This document shows, piece after piece, positions 13,145 to 24,848 of a stretch of 64,000 nucleotides of DNA (position 1 is its first letter; each line of letters begins with the position of its first letter). The notes beneath the pieces are model-generated. The model saw only the letters and a program-made list of their open reading frames with translations, searched no databases and had not been told where the DNA came from. The stretch is from Camelus dromedarius (lineage: Eukaryota): NCBI RefSeq assembly GCF_036321535.1, contig NC_087436.1, forward strand, positions 11,532,001 through 11,596,000, given 5' to 3'. The position numbers and the translations under genes are program-made.

Positions 13145-14879
13145 AAAGAGCAACAGTTTTGTGTTGTTCTGTGGTGCTTGTCCTGGTGTGCTAACCTTTC
13201 TGTCCTGGGTTGCTTCTCAGCTGAGGCCTGCTGGTGCTGGAGGAGAGAGGTGCACTTCTCCTTTAAGACAGATTGGACTGCACAAGAAGATGGTTGTGCA
13301 GGCTGAGAAGGCTGTTCTATGTTGAGGGTTGCCTTGCTGGAAGGGAAAGAACAGGAAAATAATGAAATGTGCCTTGGCCTCATCCCTTCTTCTTTCTTTT
13401 CAATAAATAACCTTCATAAAGTCTACCTGTTTTATGTCTCCCTGTTCCTATGAATCCAGGCTCTAGCTTGTTTAAGGTTTCCCCTCAAGCATTCTATTAG
13501 CTCTATGTTATGATTCAAAAAGAAAAAAAAAATTCCAGGACCTGTGCGAGCCATCTTTTCTCTGGTTCCCCTCTAAGTGCCAGGCAGTCATGGACACAGT
13601 GTGACTTTGCTGGTGTCACAGAGCCACGGCAGTCATGTGGAGTGACTGACAGAGAATTTAAAAGTGGGAAAGAAGCCACTCTAACTTTTGCTATTATTAT
13701 GCTAAGAGAGAGCTCATTATGAAATCATGTTAAAAAGAGAAGATGGTTTATACCCAAAGGAGGAATTAACAGCTCAAAGAAAGAGATGTCTTCTCTTGTC
13801 AGTGAGCTTCTGTGAATTTAGAAACCCTGGCGAGTGAGTCACTGAAAACTTCCCAAGAGACAGCATTATTAATCTGTCTTTTCTTCTCCTCTTGAGAAAT
13901 CAGAGGTAAGAGATTTGCATTTAAAAAAAAAAATTCCACCACCCATCAAATGTCTGAAGGAACTAGTGGCAGAACAGGGATAGACCAAAACAAAATAAAA
14001 CAAAGAGGCAGTGTTTGGCCCACTGGTGAATTCCCTGCTCACTCAGCAGCCCAGAGCAGGTGCTCAGTAGATGTCTGGTTTGTTAAAAAGTTTGAGGCCT
14101 GCTTGGTCTGGAAAAGGCCAGCACGTGCCTGTGTTTACTCCCACAGGGAACGTTTCTGAGTCTCTGCTAAACTTTTCTGCCCTGTGCACCTCACTGCGTT
14201 AGTTACAGGAAAGCAGATGCCCTCAGTCTTTTGTATTATCTGTTCTCAGTCTGGGTCTTACAGTAATTTCTTTTCCCCCTTTTTTTTTCTGCTGAGTGAA
14301 AAAGTGATGACTTTTCTGATAAATGATGTATGTCTCCATTGCCACTAAAGATGCCAAATCAAAAGGCCACCAAAGCCCCTGTTTTTCATGCTTAGAGACT
14401 ATTATTGGTTGAAATGTGGTCTTAGAATTTAACAGTTTCATTCCCAAATTTGGGGGCCCAGGGTGTCAGGGGAGTGCCTCCTGGTCCCCCTCCTGGCCCC
14501 CCATGTGGCCCCCTCTGCATTTTACACCAACAGAACCAGACAGCTCTGTCTAGACAGCTTATTACTTTTTTTTTTAAAGACTTCATGATCATAAAATCCA
14601 TATATTTTATTGTTCAAAGTGATGGTAGAGAACTGTATGGAGTAGAAGAAAGAGCTGCAACCCTTTGGCAATCTCTCAGCAATCCATTCACCTAAGGTCA
14701 CAGCAGACATGTCTCCATTTTGAGAGATTCAGACAGATTATGTCACAGCCTGTGTTTGGAGGAAGAAAAATCTTGCATTCAAACTAATTCCTTCTACAAG
14801 CCTTCCAATTATGCATCGTATAGCTTTGGTAAAACCCTGGTCAGGTTCTCCTGAGGATTTTTAAATGGTGATGCCTGGC

Positions 14880-15136
14880 ACACCCCCGCGTCGGGTACAG
14901 ACCGCCCGTGTACCCCCTGTACTCTCCCCGCCTCCTCCTGGATTCCTGGGAGCGGGTGTGTGACGTGGGCGTGCTTCGTGTACTTGACATCTATAAATAC
15001 TCTCAGCTGCTCAGAGCTGCTCCCTGGTGTTTCGGCACACTCACTGTTCCCGGTTTTTACAGACCCCCGCACCCTCGCAAAAGAGGCGTAAAACAGAATT
15101 TTATTTCTGCTGAGATGCCTGTGATTCCAGGTAAAC
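14880..15136 (+). promoter_or_regulatory. Candidate orphan Pol II promoter and first exon (CRE-like site, GC-box-like site, TATA)
   Basis: TGACGT at 14961, TGGGCGTG at 14966, TATAAATA at 14992-14999, local CpG retention (~14880-15560), donor-like CAG|GTAAAC at 15130/15131. Confidence 0.35.
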
Positions 15137-15434
15137 TGCTACAAAACTAGATACGGTTTTTCAAGCGTGCCCAGTTTGTCCGCGGCGACGTGGATGCTCC
15201 GCTTTCGCTCCGCCCTCGGCGTCTTCTCTGGAGCTGACTCCCAGTGCCGACTGATTTACGCTTCCACCTGCCTCTACAGTTCGGTTCAGGGTTGGTTTTT
15301 CTCCCAGCCTGGGACTCGGACTCCATTTCTGGGCTAAAGCTTTATTCTCTCCTTTTCCCACAAGTCCTCCACCCACCGCTGCCTCTACCTGCCCTCAGTC
15401 TGCAGGTACCTGGGCAGCGTTCCAGTACCCAGAA

Positions 15435-15448
15435 CCCCCCCCCCCCAC

Positions 15449-15477
<29 letters not shown>
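15435..15477. repeat. C12 run followed by (CA)n microsatellite
   Basis: Read directly from the sequence. Confidence 0.9.
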
Positions 15478-15479
<2 letters not shown>

Positions 15480-15559
15480 CCGTCTGCAGTCACTGCACGG
15501 CTTCCCCTCAGTCTCTGGTGCCGGGCTGGGTCCGGACCTTGACCTTGCCTGTGCTGGGT

Positions 15560-15665
15560 AGTGATTACTACACCGTGTACCTGTGTGGATTGCAGTTTCC
15601 TCATCTGGAAAATGGGGATGTTAACAGGGTTAACAGGCTACCTCACAGGGTTTGTGCAAAGACGG
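15560..15665 (+). mobile_element. MIR fragment
   Basis: MIR core CAGTTTCCTCATCTGGAAAATGGGGAT...TACCTCACAGGGTT. Confidence 0.75.
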
Positions 15666-15699
15666 TAGGTTGCCGAAGTAATGGCAAACCCAATGAGTG

Positions 15700-16158
15700 A
15701 TGCCTCCCTGAACCCATGACCTCAGGAAATCCTCTCCCACAATGAGTTTCGGTTTGACCACTTAGCCTGCTTTGGCCAGTGAAGGAAGCAGTCTTGCTAA
15801 CACTTGCACAGTGAGTTTTTGCCCTCCCTCCTTTGCTGCTTTCTGGAACCCAGTCACCACCTGAAGAAGCCTGGGTTGACCTGCTGGATGATGAGGGACA
15901 TCTGTCCAGCTGACCCCACTCCCCCTACCCCTTCAATCAACAGCTAGATATGTAAATGAGGCCTTTTGCGACTAGCCAGCTCCCCTAACTTGCCAAGTGA
16001 GTGCAAACACACAAAAGATTCCAGCTGACACAAGACAGAGCAGAGACGAACTTTACCAACTGAATCCAAATTGTCAACCTACACAGTCTTGAGCAGTAAG
16101 TGGTGACTGAGTCATTAGATTTTGGAGTGGTTTGTTTTGTAGCAATAGACAAAGTCAA
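15700..16158 (+). mobile_element. MaLR LTR (MLT1-type)
   Basis: Motifs TGCTTTGGCCA, GAAGAAGCCTGGG...TGCTGGATGATGAG and 3' end TTTTGGAGTGGTTTGTTTTGTAGCAATAGA. Confidence 0.7.
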
Positions 16159-16602
16159 CTGAGTTTTTCTATGGTATGTGAAAGGTATTTAGAAAAGTGT
16201 CTGGCAGGAGGTATGTGCCTGTGTCTGTAGTTAATTATTACTCTGTATCAATGGTTCAAGCCATACTGGTGGTCTGGGAGACTTGTGAACATGCTGATCC
16301 TTCTTACGCTCCTGTGCCTTTGCACGTGACTAGAACCTTCATGGCTGCATTCACTGCCTACTTCCTACTTGTCCCTCGAGCAGGGGGATATTAAAAATAT
16401 TTCAGAACTGGTATGGCATAGGCAGCAGGCAGTCAACTGTGAACCACCTGCATGTCAAGTCTGTCTTTGAGACTCAGTCCAAGCATCCTGCTGCTTGCAT
16501 TGTTAGAACACCTCATCGGATTTCCCTGCTTCTGCCCTTATATCCTCCATCCCATAGTCTGTTTTCAGCATAGTCATCTTTTCAAATGTAAATGATCCTT
16601 TA

Positions 16603-17316
16603 TTTTTTTATTTATTTAAAACTCTTGCATTTTATTTTATTTTATTTTTTAACATTTTTTATTGAGTTACTGTCATTTTACAATGTTGTGTCAAATTCCA
16701 GTTTAGAGCACAATTTTTCAGTTATACGTGAACATACATATATTCATTGTCACATTTCTTTTCTTGCTGTGAGCTACCACAAGATCTTGCATATATTTCC
16801 CTGTGCTATACAGTATAATCTTGTTTATCTGTTCTACATTTTGAAATCCCAGTCTGTCCCTTCCCACTCCCCGTCCCCTTGGCAACCACAAGTTTGTATT
16901 CTATGTCTATGAGTCTGTTTCTGTTTTGTATTTATGGTTTTTTTTTTTTTTTTAGATTCCACATATAAGCGATCTCATATGGTATTTTTCTTTCTCTTTC
17001 TGGCTTACGTCACTTAGAATGACATTCTCCAGGAACATCCATGTGGCTGCAAACGGCGTTGTGTTGTCGGTTTTTGTGGCTGAATAGTATTCCATTGTAT
17101 AAATATACCACTTCTTCTTTATCCAGTCATCTGTTGACGGACATTTAGGCTGTTTCCATGTCTTGGCTATTGTAAATAGTGCTGCTATGAACATTGGGGT
17201 GCAGGTGTCTTTTTGAAGTAGTGTTCCTTCTGGATATATGCCCAGGAGTGGGATTACTGGGTCATATGGTAAGTCTATTCCTAGTCTTTTGAGGAATCTC
17301 CATACTGTTTTCCACA
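16603..17316 (-). mobile_element. Young 5'-truncated L1 with an open ORF2 C-terminal frame
   Basis: Perfect 15-bp TSD GTAAATGATCCTTTA at 16588-16602 and 17317-17331. ORF 16952..17338(-) [20 protein letters not shown]...MRSLICGI is uninterrupted. Confidence 0.95.
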
Positions 17317-17524
17317 GTAAATGATCCTTTAAAAACATAAGTCAGATTATGCACCCTTCTCTCAAAACTGTGCGATGATTCTCTGGTTCACTCAAAGTAA
17401 AATCTAAGGTCCTTACAATGGTCTAAATTTCTGCCCCTGCCCCTTACCTCTCTGATCTCCTCTCCTGCTCCCCACTCTTACTCTGCAACAGCCAAACTGG
17501 CCCCCTTCTTCAAAGTTTCCTGCT

Positions 17525-17630
17525 GGATGGTTGGGGTATAGCTCAGTGGTAGAGCGCATGCTTAGTACACACGAGGTCCTAGGTTCAATCCCCAGTGCCT
17601 CTAATAAGGAAAACACACACACACACACAC
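17525..17630 (+). mobile_element. tRNA-derived SINE (Vic-1-like) with (CA)n tail
   Basis: GGGGTATAGCTCAGTGGTAGAGCGCATGCTTAG...GGTTCAATCCCCAG with A and B boxes. Degenerate TSD AAA(G)TTTCCT. Confidence 0.85.
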
Positions 17631-17824
17631 AAATTTCCTACCTTAAGGACTTTGTTCTAGTAGTTCTTTCTGCCTAGACTGATTGTCCCAAAGGAACAGA
17701 CTTGCCTCACTGCCTCTTGTCTGCCAAGCCATTCTCAGTCAAACCTAAGCTGACTCTCCTGTTTAATACTACAACATGCTCCCTCTTGTCGTGTTGCACT
17801 ACCACCTCTCTGGTACCCCATCAC

Positions 17825-18170
17825 TTTTTGCACCAGTCAAGGATCCACTAGAGAAGTGGAACCAGAAGGAGATATATCAAGGAGCTGGCTTATGCAACTA
17901 TGGGGGCTGGTCAGGCAAGTCCAAAATCCACCGGGCATTCTGTCAGGAAGGGGAGACTGGGACTTGCCCACATGGGCCAAAGCTGCAGTCCACAGGGGGG
18001 CTTTCTTGTTCTGAGGAAAGCCTCAGTTCCACTCCTAGGGTCTTTCCCCTGATTGGAGCAGGCCTACCCAGATTATGTAGGATAACATTTGCAGCAAGAC
18101 CTGGATTAGTGTTTGACTGTATGACTCAGGACCATACCCGAGCCAACTGGCCCATGAAATTGACCATCCC
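17825..18170 (-). mobile_element. ERVL LTR (MLT2-type)
   Basis: Motifs AGAACC/GAACCAGAAGGAGAT, GGCAAGTCCAAAATC, CTGATTGG...GGCCTACCCAGATTAT and ATTAGTGTTTGACTG. Confidence 0.65.
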
Positions 18171-18899
18171 ACCTCCCAACATCCTGTATAATCTTCAAAT
18201 TTTTATGTCAATTGTGTCCTCGACTGAAACATAAGCTCCATGAAGGTTGAAGGTCTTTGCTTTGTTCACTGATGTCGTCCATATAAACATCCAATAGGTA
18301 CTTGTTGAATGAAATAACATCACTCCCTCAGGAAGTCTTCTCCAACTACCTGCTGTCCCCACAAGAGACCCCCACACCCCCTCAATGAGGCCCTGCACTA
18401 CTTCTCATTCACCTAAAGTTAGTTAAATCCACCCACTTCAATCTGACAATCCAATCTCCTTATAAGATAGGGCACCAGAGTAACCAGACACCTTCTGATT
18501 TTATGTATTTAGCTTAACTCTTTGCTCACTTTAGTCTCTTATTTTGCATCTGTTCGTTTAGCTGTCTTCTACTTCCTTCCCCTACTCTAACTTGATGGGC
18601 TGGGAAGAATAAAAGGAAAGATTGTTACAATTAAATGTCATATATAAAGAACTCTTTTGTGCAAGGCGGGAAGGCAGTGTTGAGTTGCTTGACGTCTTCA
18701 CCTGCAGAAATAGTCTTTCAATTTAGTGGCATTCATCCATAGCTTTATTGGCATTTATTAGGCACCAAATATGTTAGATGTTGTATAAAATATTAAGACC
18801 ACAGAGGGAAAAGTCGAGGTCTCTGCCTTTGAGTTGTCTATAGTGTAGTGTCGAATTACGAAGCAACATCACGGGGACAGAATCCAGACCTTATTCATT

Positions 18900-19080
18900 C
18901 TTAGTTCAACTCACACTTTGTTGCTCTAAGTACCAACATAGATTTGATCTTTAAATCAGTTGTCAACATTGGAAAAATAGAAGATTTCACATAAAAGTCA
19001 GAATTTGTGGCTTCCCTTGAAATATGAGAGGATCTAGCAACACAGCCTATGTTTCCACGTGGCACAAGCAGGTCAGATCT
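18900..19080. mobile_element. hAT-Charlie-type DNA transposon fragment
   Basis: AGATTTCACATAAAAGTCAGAATTTGTGGCTTCCCTTGAAA...GATCTAGCAACAC resembles recalled MER/Charlie relics. Confidence 0.4.
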
Positions 19081-19553
19081 AAGGAATCGCCGCCCACCAG
19101 GCAGGAGCACTCCCCCGTCCGCTTACCCTCTTCCCTACCACAGTGCCATGCTTCCCAGCGTCAAGGTCAGATGCCGGCTGCCGTTTGCCATCTCACACCT
19201 GGAGATTTAGGTCACCTTCCTGGCCTCCTGTGGGCATTTGGGTTTTGGATCCCTAGACTAGTACATTGTATTTGATAATATGCTAGCAAAACACTACTTA
19301 ACTCTGCAAAATAGTTCTGCTTCTATGGTATTCACAATAAATCTAAGATGTAGGTAGGCCAAGTGTTATTAGTTCCATTTTTCACATGAGGTAATAAACT
19401 GGAACAGTTAATTTACTAGTCTGGCATGTAGAGGTGGTTCTAGAATTCAGATTTTCTGGTCAGTCACCCTAAGTCTAAGGAGCACTGCAGAGGGACCTCA
19501 CCCTCTCCTCAACTTTCCTCCCTACAAGACTTCAGACTGAAGTAGTCCAAGAT

Positions 19554-19693
19554 GGGGGAGGGGGGTACAGCTCAGTGGTAGAGCACATGCTTAGCATGCA
19601 TGAGGTCTTTGGTTCAGTTCCCAGTACCTCCATCAATAAAATAGATAAGTAAACCTAATTACCCCCCACTACACACACATTGAAAAAAAAAAA
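19554..19693 (+). mobile_element. tRNA-derived SINE (Vic-1-like)
   Basis: GGGGGTACAGCTCAGTGGTAGAGCACATGCTTAGCATGCATGAGGTC...CCCAGTACCTCC...AAACCTAATTACC followed by an A-tail. Confidence 0.9.
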
Positions 19694-22600
19694 GACTGCG
19701 GAGAGAAGAAAAGTTAACACAAAGTTAATTTGGAATTTTGACTGTTACTTAAGACTGAGTTGTGGCTTCTTAGAACTATGAATGGCTGAAGGACTTTCTA
19801 CTAGAGGGATGGGCCCGTTCCGCACTTCCTCCTACGACAGGAAAAGATAATACCAATGAATATATGTTCGTAAGGACAAAAATTGCATTTTCTATGTCAT
19901 TAAACTGTGTCGTATTTGTTCACCTTACCCATCACACACAGAGCTGCACACATACGCACACTTTTCCCCTAGTACATGCCTACGATCATACTATACACAG
20001 TATTTTGTAACTTCCTTTTTCATTTCATCAGTGTCATCTTTTTATGACATTAAGTAGTCTTTTGACATATCAATTTTAACGGCCCCATAATCATCCACTA
20101 TATAGTGGTGTGATAGTAATTTTTGACCAGCCACCTTTTGGTCAATTTCAATTTCCAGTTTATTATTGTATGAATATACTGATTTAATATTCTGGTAGCT
20201 GACTTATTGTCTGCATCTATGATTCCCTCTTTAAGATAAATTCCTAGAAGTGGAATTGCTGTCACAGGACACATCTATTTTTTTTTAAACTTTTGTTGAA
20301 TGTGTAATGTCTCCTCAATCAATGCCCTTCCTTCTAAAGACTCCCAGCAAGTCCGTCCACTTCAGCCAGATAAATCTCGCCTGCATATTTTACTCCCCTA
20401 TTAAAACACCTCAGCTTATTAGAGCAATTTCAAACCACCTCTCAGTCAGGCTTTGGGAGTCCCCTGGGAAAACACCTTGCCTTTCCTGTCCAACCTCAGC
20501 TACCGCTTTTCACCTCCAGTTGGGGCAGACCCATCGTTTCTGCCAGGTCTGCCGTTTGTGTTCTCCTTCCTGTGTGAGGAAAAGTGTTTCTGGGGTAATC
20601 ACATCCCCGAATTATTTTTTCACTCATGAATCATATTCCCCTATAATTTGAGGTACGTACATCTCATTTCCTCAGGGTGGGCAAGCTGTTCCCAGGAGGG
20701 TTATTTTTTTGAATCTGTTTCCAAAGCAAACACAGTACTGGGCGCTGAATCTTGGCAAGGACTGTAAAAGTGTGGAATGAGTTACAGGAGAAAGTTCTGA
20801 AATATTCCCCGAATGCCTTTAGAATCAGTCATACCCCCATATGAAATCAGATGAATAAACCAGATGAGTTTTCAAAGTGGCTTCAACCATTGTTTTCTAA
20901 TAACACGATTATGACAAGTTGTTGATGAAATATAAATCATTTTCAGCTGGTCATCTGAAAGACACTTCCACTTACTTGCAAAAATTATTTGGTATGAAAT
21001 TCAGTATAAGAGAAAAAAAAATCTCAAAGATGATTTAATAACCACAATTACCAAAGTAGTTAGTGGTGACCATATGACATGGATTTTTGAAAACCACATT
21101 AGTGAGATTCCATTGTATAAAGATGTTTTGATTCATAGCTTATGATATAAAATAGAACCAATGAATTTCAAGATTACCCTAGACACTGAACATTTTTAAA
21201 AACTTTAGTTCATTTAAAAATAAATTATTTTCATTCCACCCCCGCAAAGTATGGTACTTTACTGTTCCCAAAATACTACACATTCAAATAAACTGTAATC
21301 ATGAACATATATAGCTTTCTACAGTTAGAACTTTAAAAGTGGATTGTGCTAAATAAAATGCATGTCACTGCCATATCTAAACATGCTTTAAAGTAAATCA
21401 TTATAAGTAGGCATGTAATTACTACAGTTTTAGGAAGGTTTAATCAGGAACTAAAACACAAAAGAATAAAATTTCAGCAATTCTTGACCAACATACAATG
21501 AACAGATATCCACCACAACTTAGCCCTTCAAGATCTTTCTAGTACCTAAGTTTTAAAGAGAAAGCATCCTTCTTGGTCGAGGCAACTGGAATGAAAAATT
21601 ACGGAGACAAGTACAGATTGAAACAAAGGATATGAAAAAAACAGAAACAGAGAACCTAGAAATACAAGGATTTCTGGGAAATGTAAAATCCAGTGTTAAA
21701 AAACTAATTTTGACTGGGGAAGTAGTGACTTTGAATTTTGCTTCCTAAGGATTAGAGGAAAACTAAGATTTCTAAAACAGTATGTGTGTTTTGGTGAGAG
21801 GGGAGGGAAAAGTTGCCTGGTACTAAGATGCAATGGAGTATCCATCTGGCAGGGTACTGTTTAATCTAATGCATTAGCCAAACTTCTGATGTTCAAAATC
21901 TTCCCTGAAATTAGTATCAGTTAAAATCCTGGATGCATTGGCAGCTGGCAGCTCCGCTCCCCCTGCCTGGGTCCCCGCAGCTACAGCAAATTGGCAGTAA
22001 GTCTTCCTTAGCAGCTGCTAATGGGCTGATGGTACCACACAGCATGATCCCACTGTGTGAAACAAACAAACAAAAAACCCCAGGTTTTTCTATATGTATC
22101 ACGTATGTCTGTAACTGCACAGGAAAATGTTTGAAAAGACACACACGAAACCATTACCATGGGTAATCTCTGTTTACACAGAGGGGATTGGGGGAGGGGC
22201 TGGTGGATATCATCACTTGGTGGTTTGAATTTTCACTGTAAGAACGTAATGATGCATTATTTGCACAATTTTAGAACTTAAAATTAAGAAAGCAACACTG
22301 GGATGCCAACCTATGCTGAGAGAAATGTGGAGAATTTATCCTTTTTTTTGAGCTTACATCTTATAACAAAGTAGCTCTCACAGAAACTTGCATTACTGGT
22401 TTCTTCAGGGGCCAATAATTTTCTGAGTGATTTTCTTTATAAAAGTGTCCTTGTCCTGGCTTACCTTCAATTTCCTGCTGGATATTTTGCTTGGATATCT
22501 TGCTCTTCCTGAAAACTTGGCAGGCCTAAACCACATACATCATCATCTACCTCGTGTGACTTTCTTCTTTCTATCAACTCTCTCTCCAGAGTCTCAGGTT

Positions 22601-23423
22601 GAAAGTCTTAGGATTTCTGACTACCTCATCTTCCTTGCTCCCATATCAAACTGGTTGTCAAGTCATACTTGTTCCTTTTTTGCCATCTCTTTGGTTCTCC
22701 TTTTCATTTAGAGAGCACAACCCTATTGTCTCACACATGAACTCTCGAAATAGCTTCCCAACTAACCTTCCTGCTTCCAGTCTCTCCTACCTGTCATTCC
22801 TTTTGCACAACAATGCCAGATGAAATGCTCCAGATGTCTGCCTGGCCAAGCACACGTGCGCATGCACACACACACACACGCAGACTCCTCCAAGACCTGT
22901 TACTCCACATAAAGCCTAACATCCATTCAAGGATGCCCAGGATCTGGCCTTAACATTGGCGTCTTGGCTTTTCCTTATTACCCCACTCTTGGACTCATTT
23001 GTCTAAAATCCCCCTTTGCTGCCCACTATGTGCCTTTCTCTTTCTTAAGTACTCAAGTCAGCATTCATCTTACTTGTGAAGATTTTCTTATCTGGTGTTT
23101 CCCTCTAATTAATTTGACTTAAAACACTGGATTTATTTCTTGTGGTTCAAGTTAATTACAAGAGTCTTAAGGCAGAATCCTTGCCTTAAGTTTTTTCTTT
23201 TTTCTACCCACCCCAACTCCCTATTTATCAAAGAGGTCATTCAATAAATGTTGGCCGACTGACTGACTGAAATCAAAGAAGTTTCTCTGGGCCTTCCTTA
23301 TTTCTGGGGACCATTGATTTTGTGCTTTCAAAAGGAAAAAGAAAATGAAAATTAATATATAGATTTAGTACGCAGCTGTTACAATGTACATTGCATGAAC
23401 TTGAGTTAAAATGTATGTTTCTG

Positions 23424-23593
23424 AACACGGACCTACCATATAGCACAGGGAAATTTATTCGATTTCTTGTAAAGGAGCCACAATGGAAAAGAAACTGAAA
23501 AAATATATATACATAATTTTGCTGTACACCTGAAACTAACACTGTAAATTGACTACACTTCAATTTTAAAAAATAAAGTGAAAAAAAATAAAA
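23424..23593 (+). mobile_element. Short L1 3' end
   Basis: TSD GTATGTTTCTG at 23413-23423 and 23594-23604. L1 terminal motifs and A-tail. Confidence 0.85.
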
Positions 23594-23931
23594 GTATGTT
23601 TCTGGAGGTAAATGTTTTGGTTGATGTACACAATGAATCTTGCCAGTTTGTCCATCCAACGGTATTATTGTGGGCATACTATGTGCAGTACTTTCCTAAG
23701 CCCTGAGAGTATAGCAGAGCTTACATTCCAAGGCAGAGGATAGACAATAAATGAAAAAAAAAATAAGTAAAACATATAGTTTGTCAAATTGTGATAAGAG
23801 TTTCTGGGAAACAGAGATCAGGAAAGGAGTTTAGGGAGTGCTGAGGGCAGAGAGGGTAGCTGCAACTTAAATAGGCTGACAGTATTTCCCCTCTCTGGCA
23901 CAGAAAATGGTTTGTATAATACCCAAGTATA

Positions 23932-24848
23932 TGCAACCAGATTACCACTAGTTATACTAACCATTGTTTTAATTTGTTCTTTGTTTCTAAATTGTTTATG
24001 CTTTGTATGACTTTATTAATGTTACTAGTTGTATTACCTATATTCTATTTTATAAGATTGTAGTCTCTTGCATTTCCCAATGTGTAACTAGGCCTCCGAC
24101 AAGATTGATGAAATAAATAACATTTATAATCCTGCATAAAATAATAATAATAGTGTGATTCTAGGTATAGGAAGAAGCAATATTTCCCGGATCATAATAG
24201 ACTAGTAAGACAGGCGATCCAGAGAACTTTTGGTTATCCATAGGGCCTGATCCAAAAATTAATACCTTGAGAGACATAACAGCAAAATCTTTGCCTGATC
24301 TAGGAATGAGTCTCCCTAGGGCCATGGACAAAATTGGTCATGAATTGTCTCCCAAAATATTGGTCGAATTTAGGACCAAGGGGGAGCACCGTGAACAGAA
24401 AGTACTGTGAGCCATATCAGTAAACAAAGAATGCTGAAGCCATCAAGTCATCAGCCAACTCAGGATGCAGACAAGAAGGCAGCCTGGCCTCTGCAGCCAT
24501 CCCCAGTGGTACCCCCTGAGGGATGTGAAAGGACAGGATACTGGCCCTAGATAGCTAGGTGCTTGTCAAAGGAATGATTTCAATGAGCCCAGACATTTGC
24601 TCCCTCCCATACATAGAAAAGCACTAAATTCTTTAACTTGAGATGTCTGGTTTTCCTTAATTAACAGTAATCCTTTGATGTTCCGACTACCTGGTCTTTG
24701 TTGTAAAGCTCCGATATATCCTGGCTCCTCCCCTACCTCTTTGGAGCAGTCCCTCAGAGCCATCTGAGAGGCTGTCATCCCCGGCTTGACTTGAAGAGGT
24801 TCACGTCCTCAGAAATGTCCGCTGAATAAAACATAACTCTCAAAAGAA
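23932..24848 (+). mobile_element. ERV1 (MER41/MER4-group-like) 3' fragment: internal sequence + PPT + U3-R + A-tail, apparently L1-retroposed
   Basis: PPT AAGGGGGAG at 24378-24386, LTR-like sequence from ~24390, AATAAA at 24825-24830, A-rich tail from 24842, 14-bp TSD AATACCCAAGTATA at 23918-23931 and 24849-24862. Confidence 0.8.

Noticed and set aside
17530..17605. tRNA-like sequences with A and B boxes (also near 19560, 46300 and 61110)
   Set aside because: They are diverged copies with A-rich tails and TSDs, so they are SINE heads, not tRNA genes
17776..18234. 152-aa ORF
   Set aside because: Lies almost entirely within an MLT2-type LTR relic, with no splice or domain support
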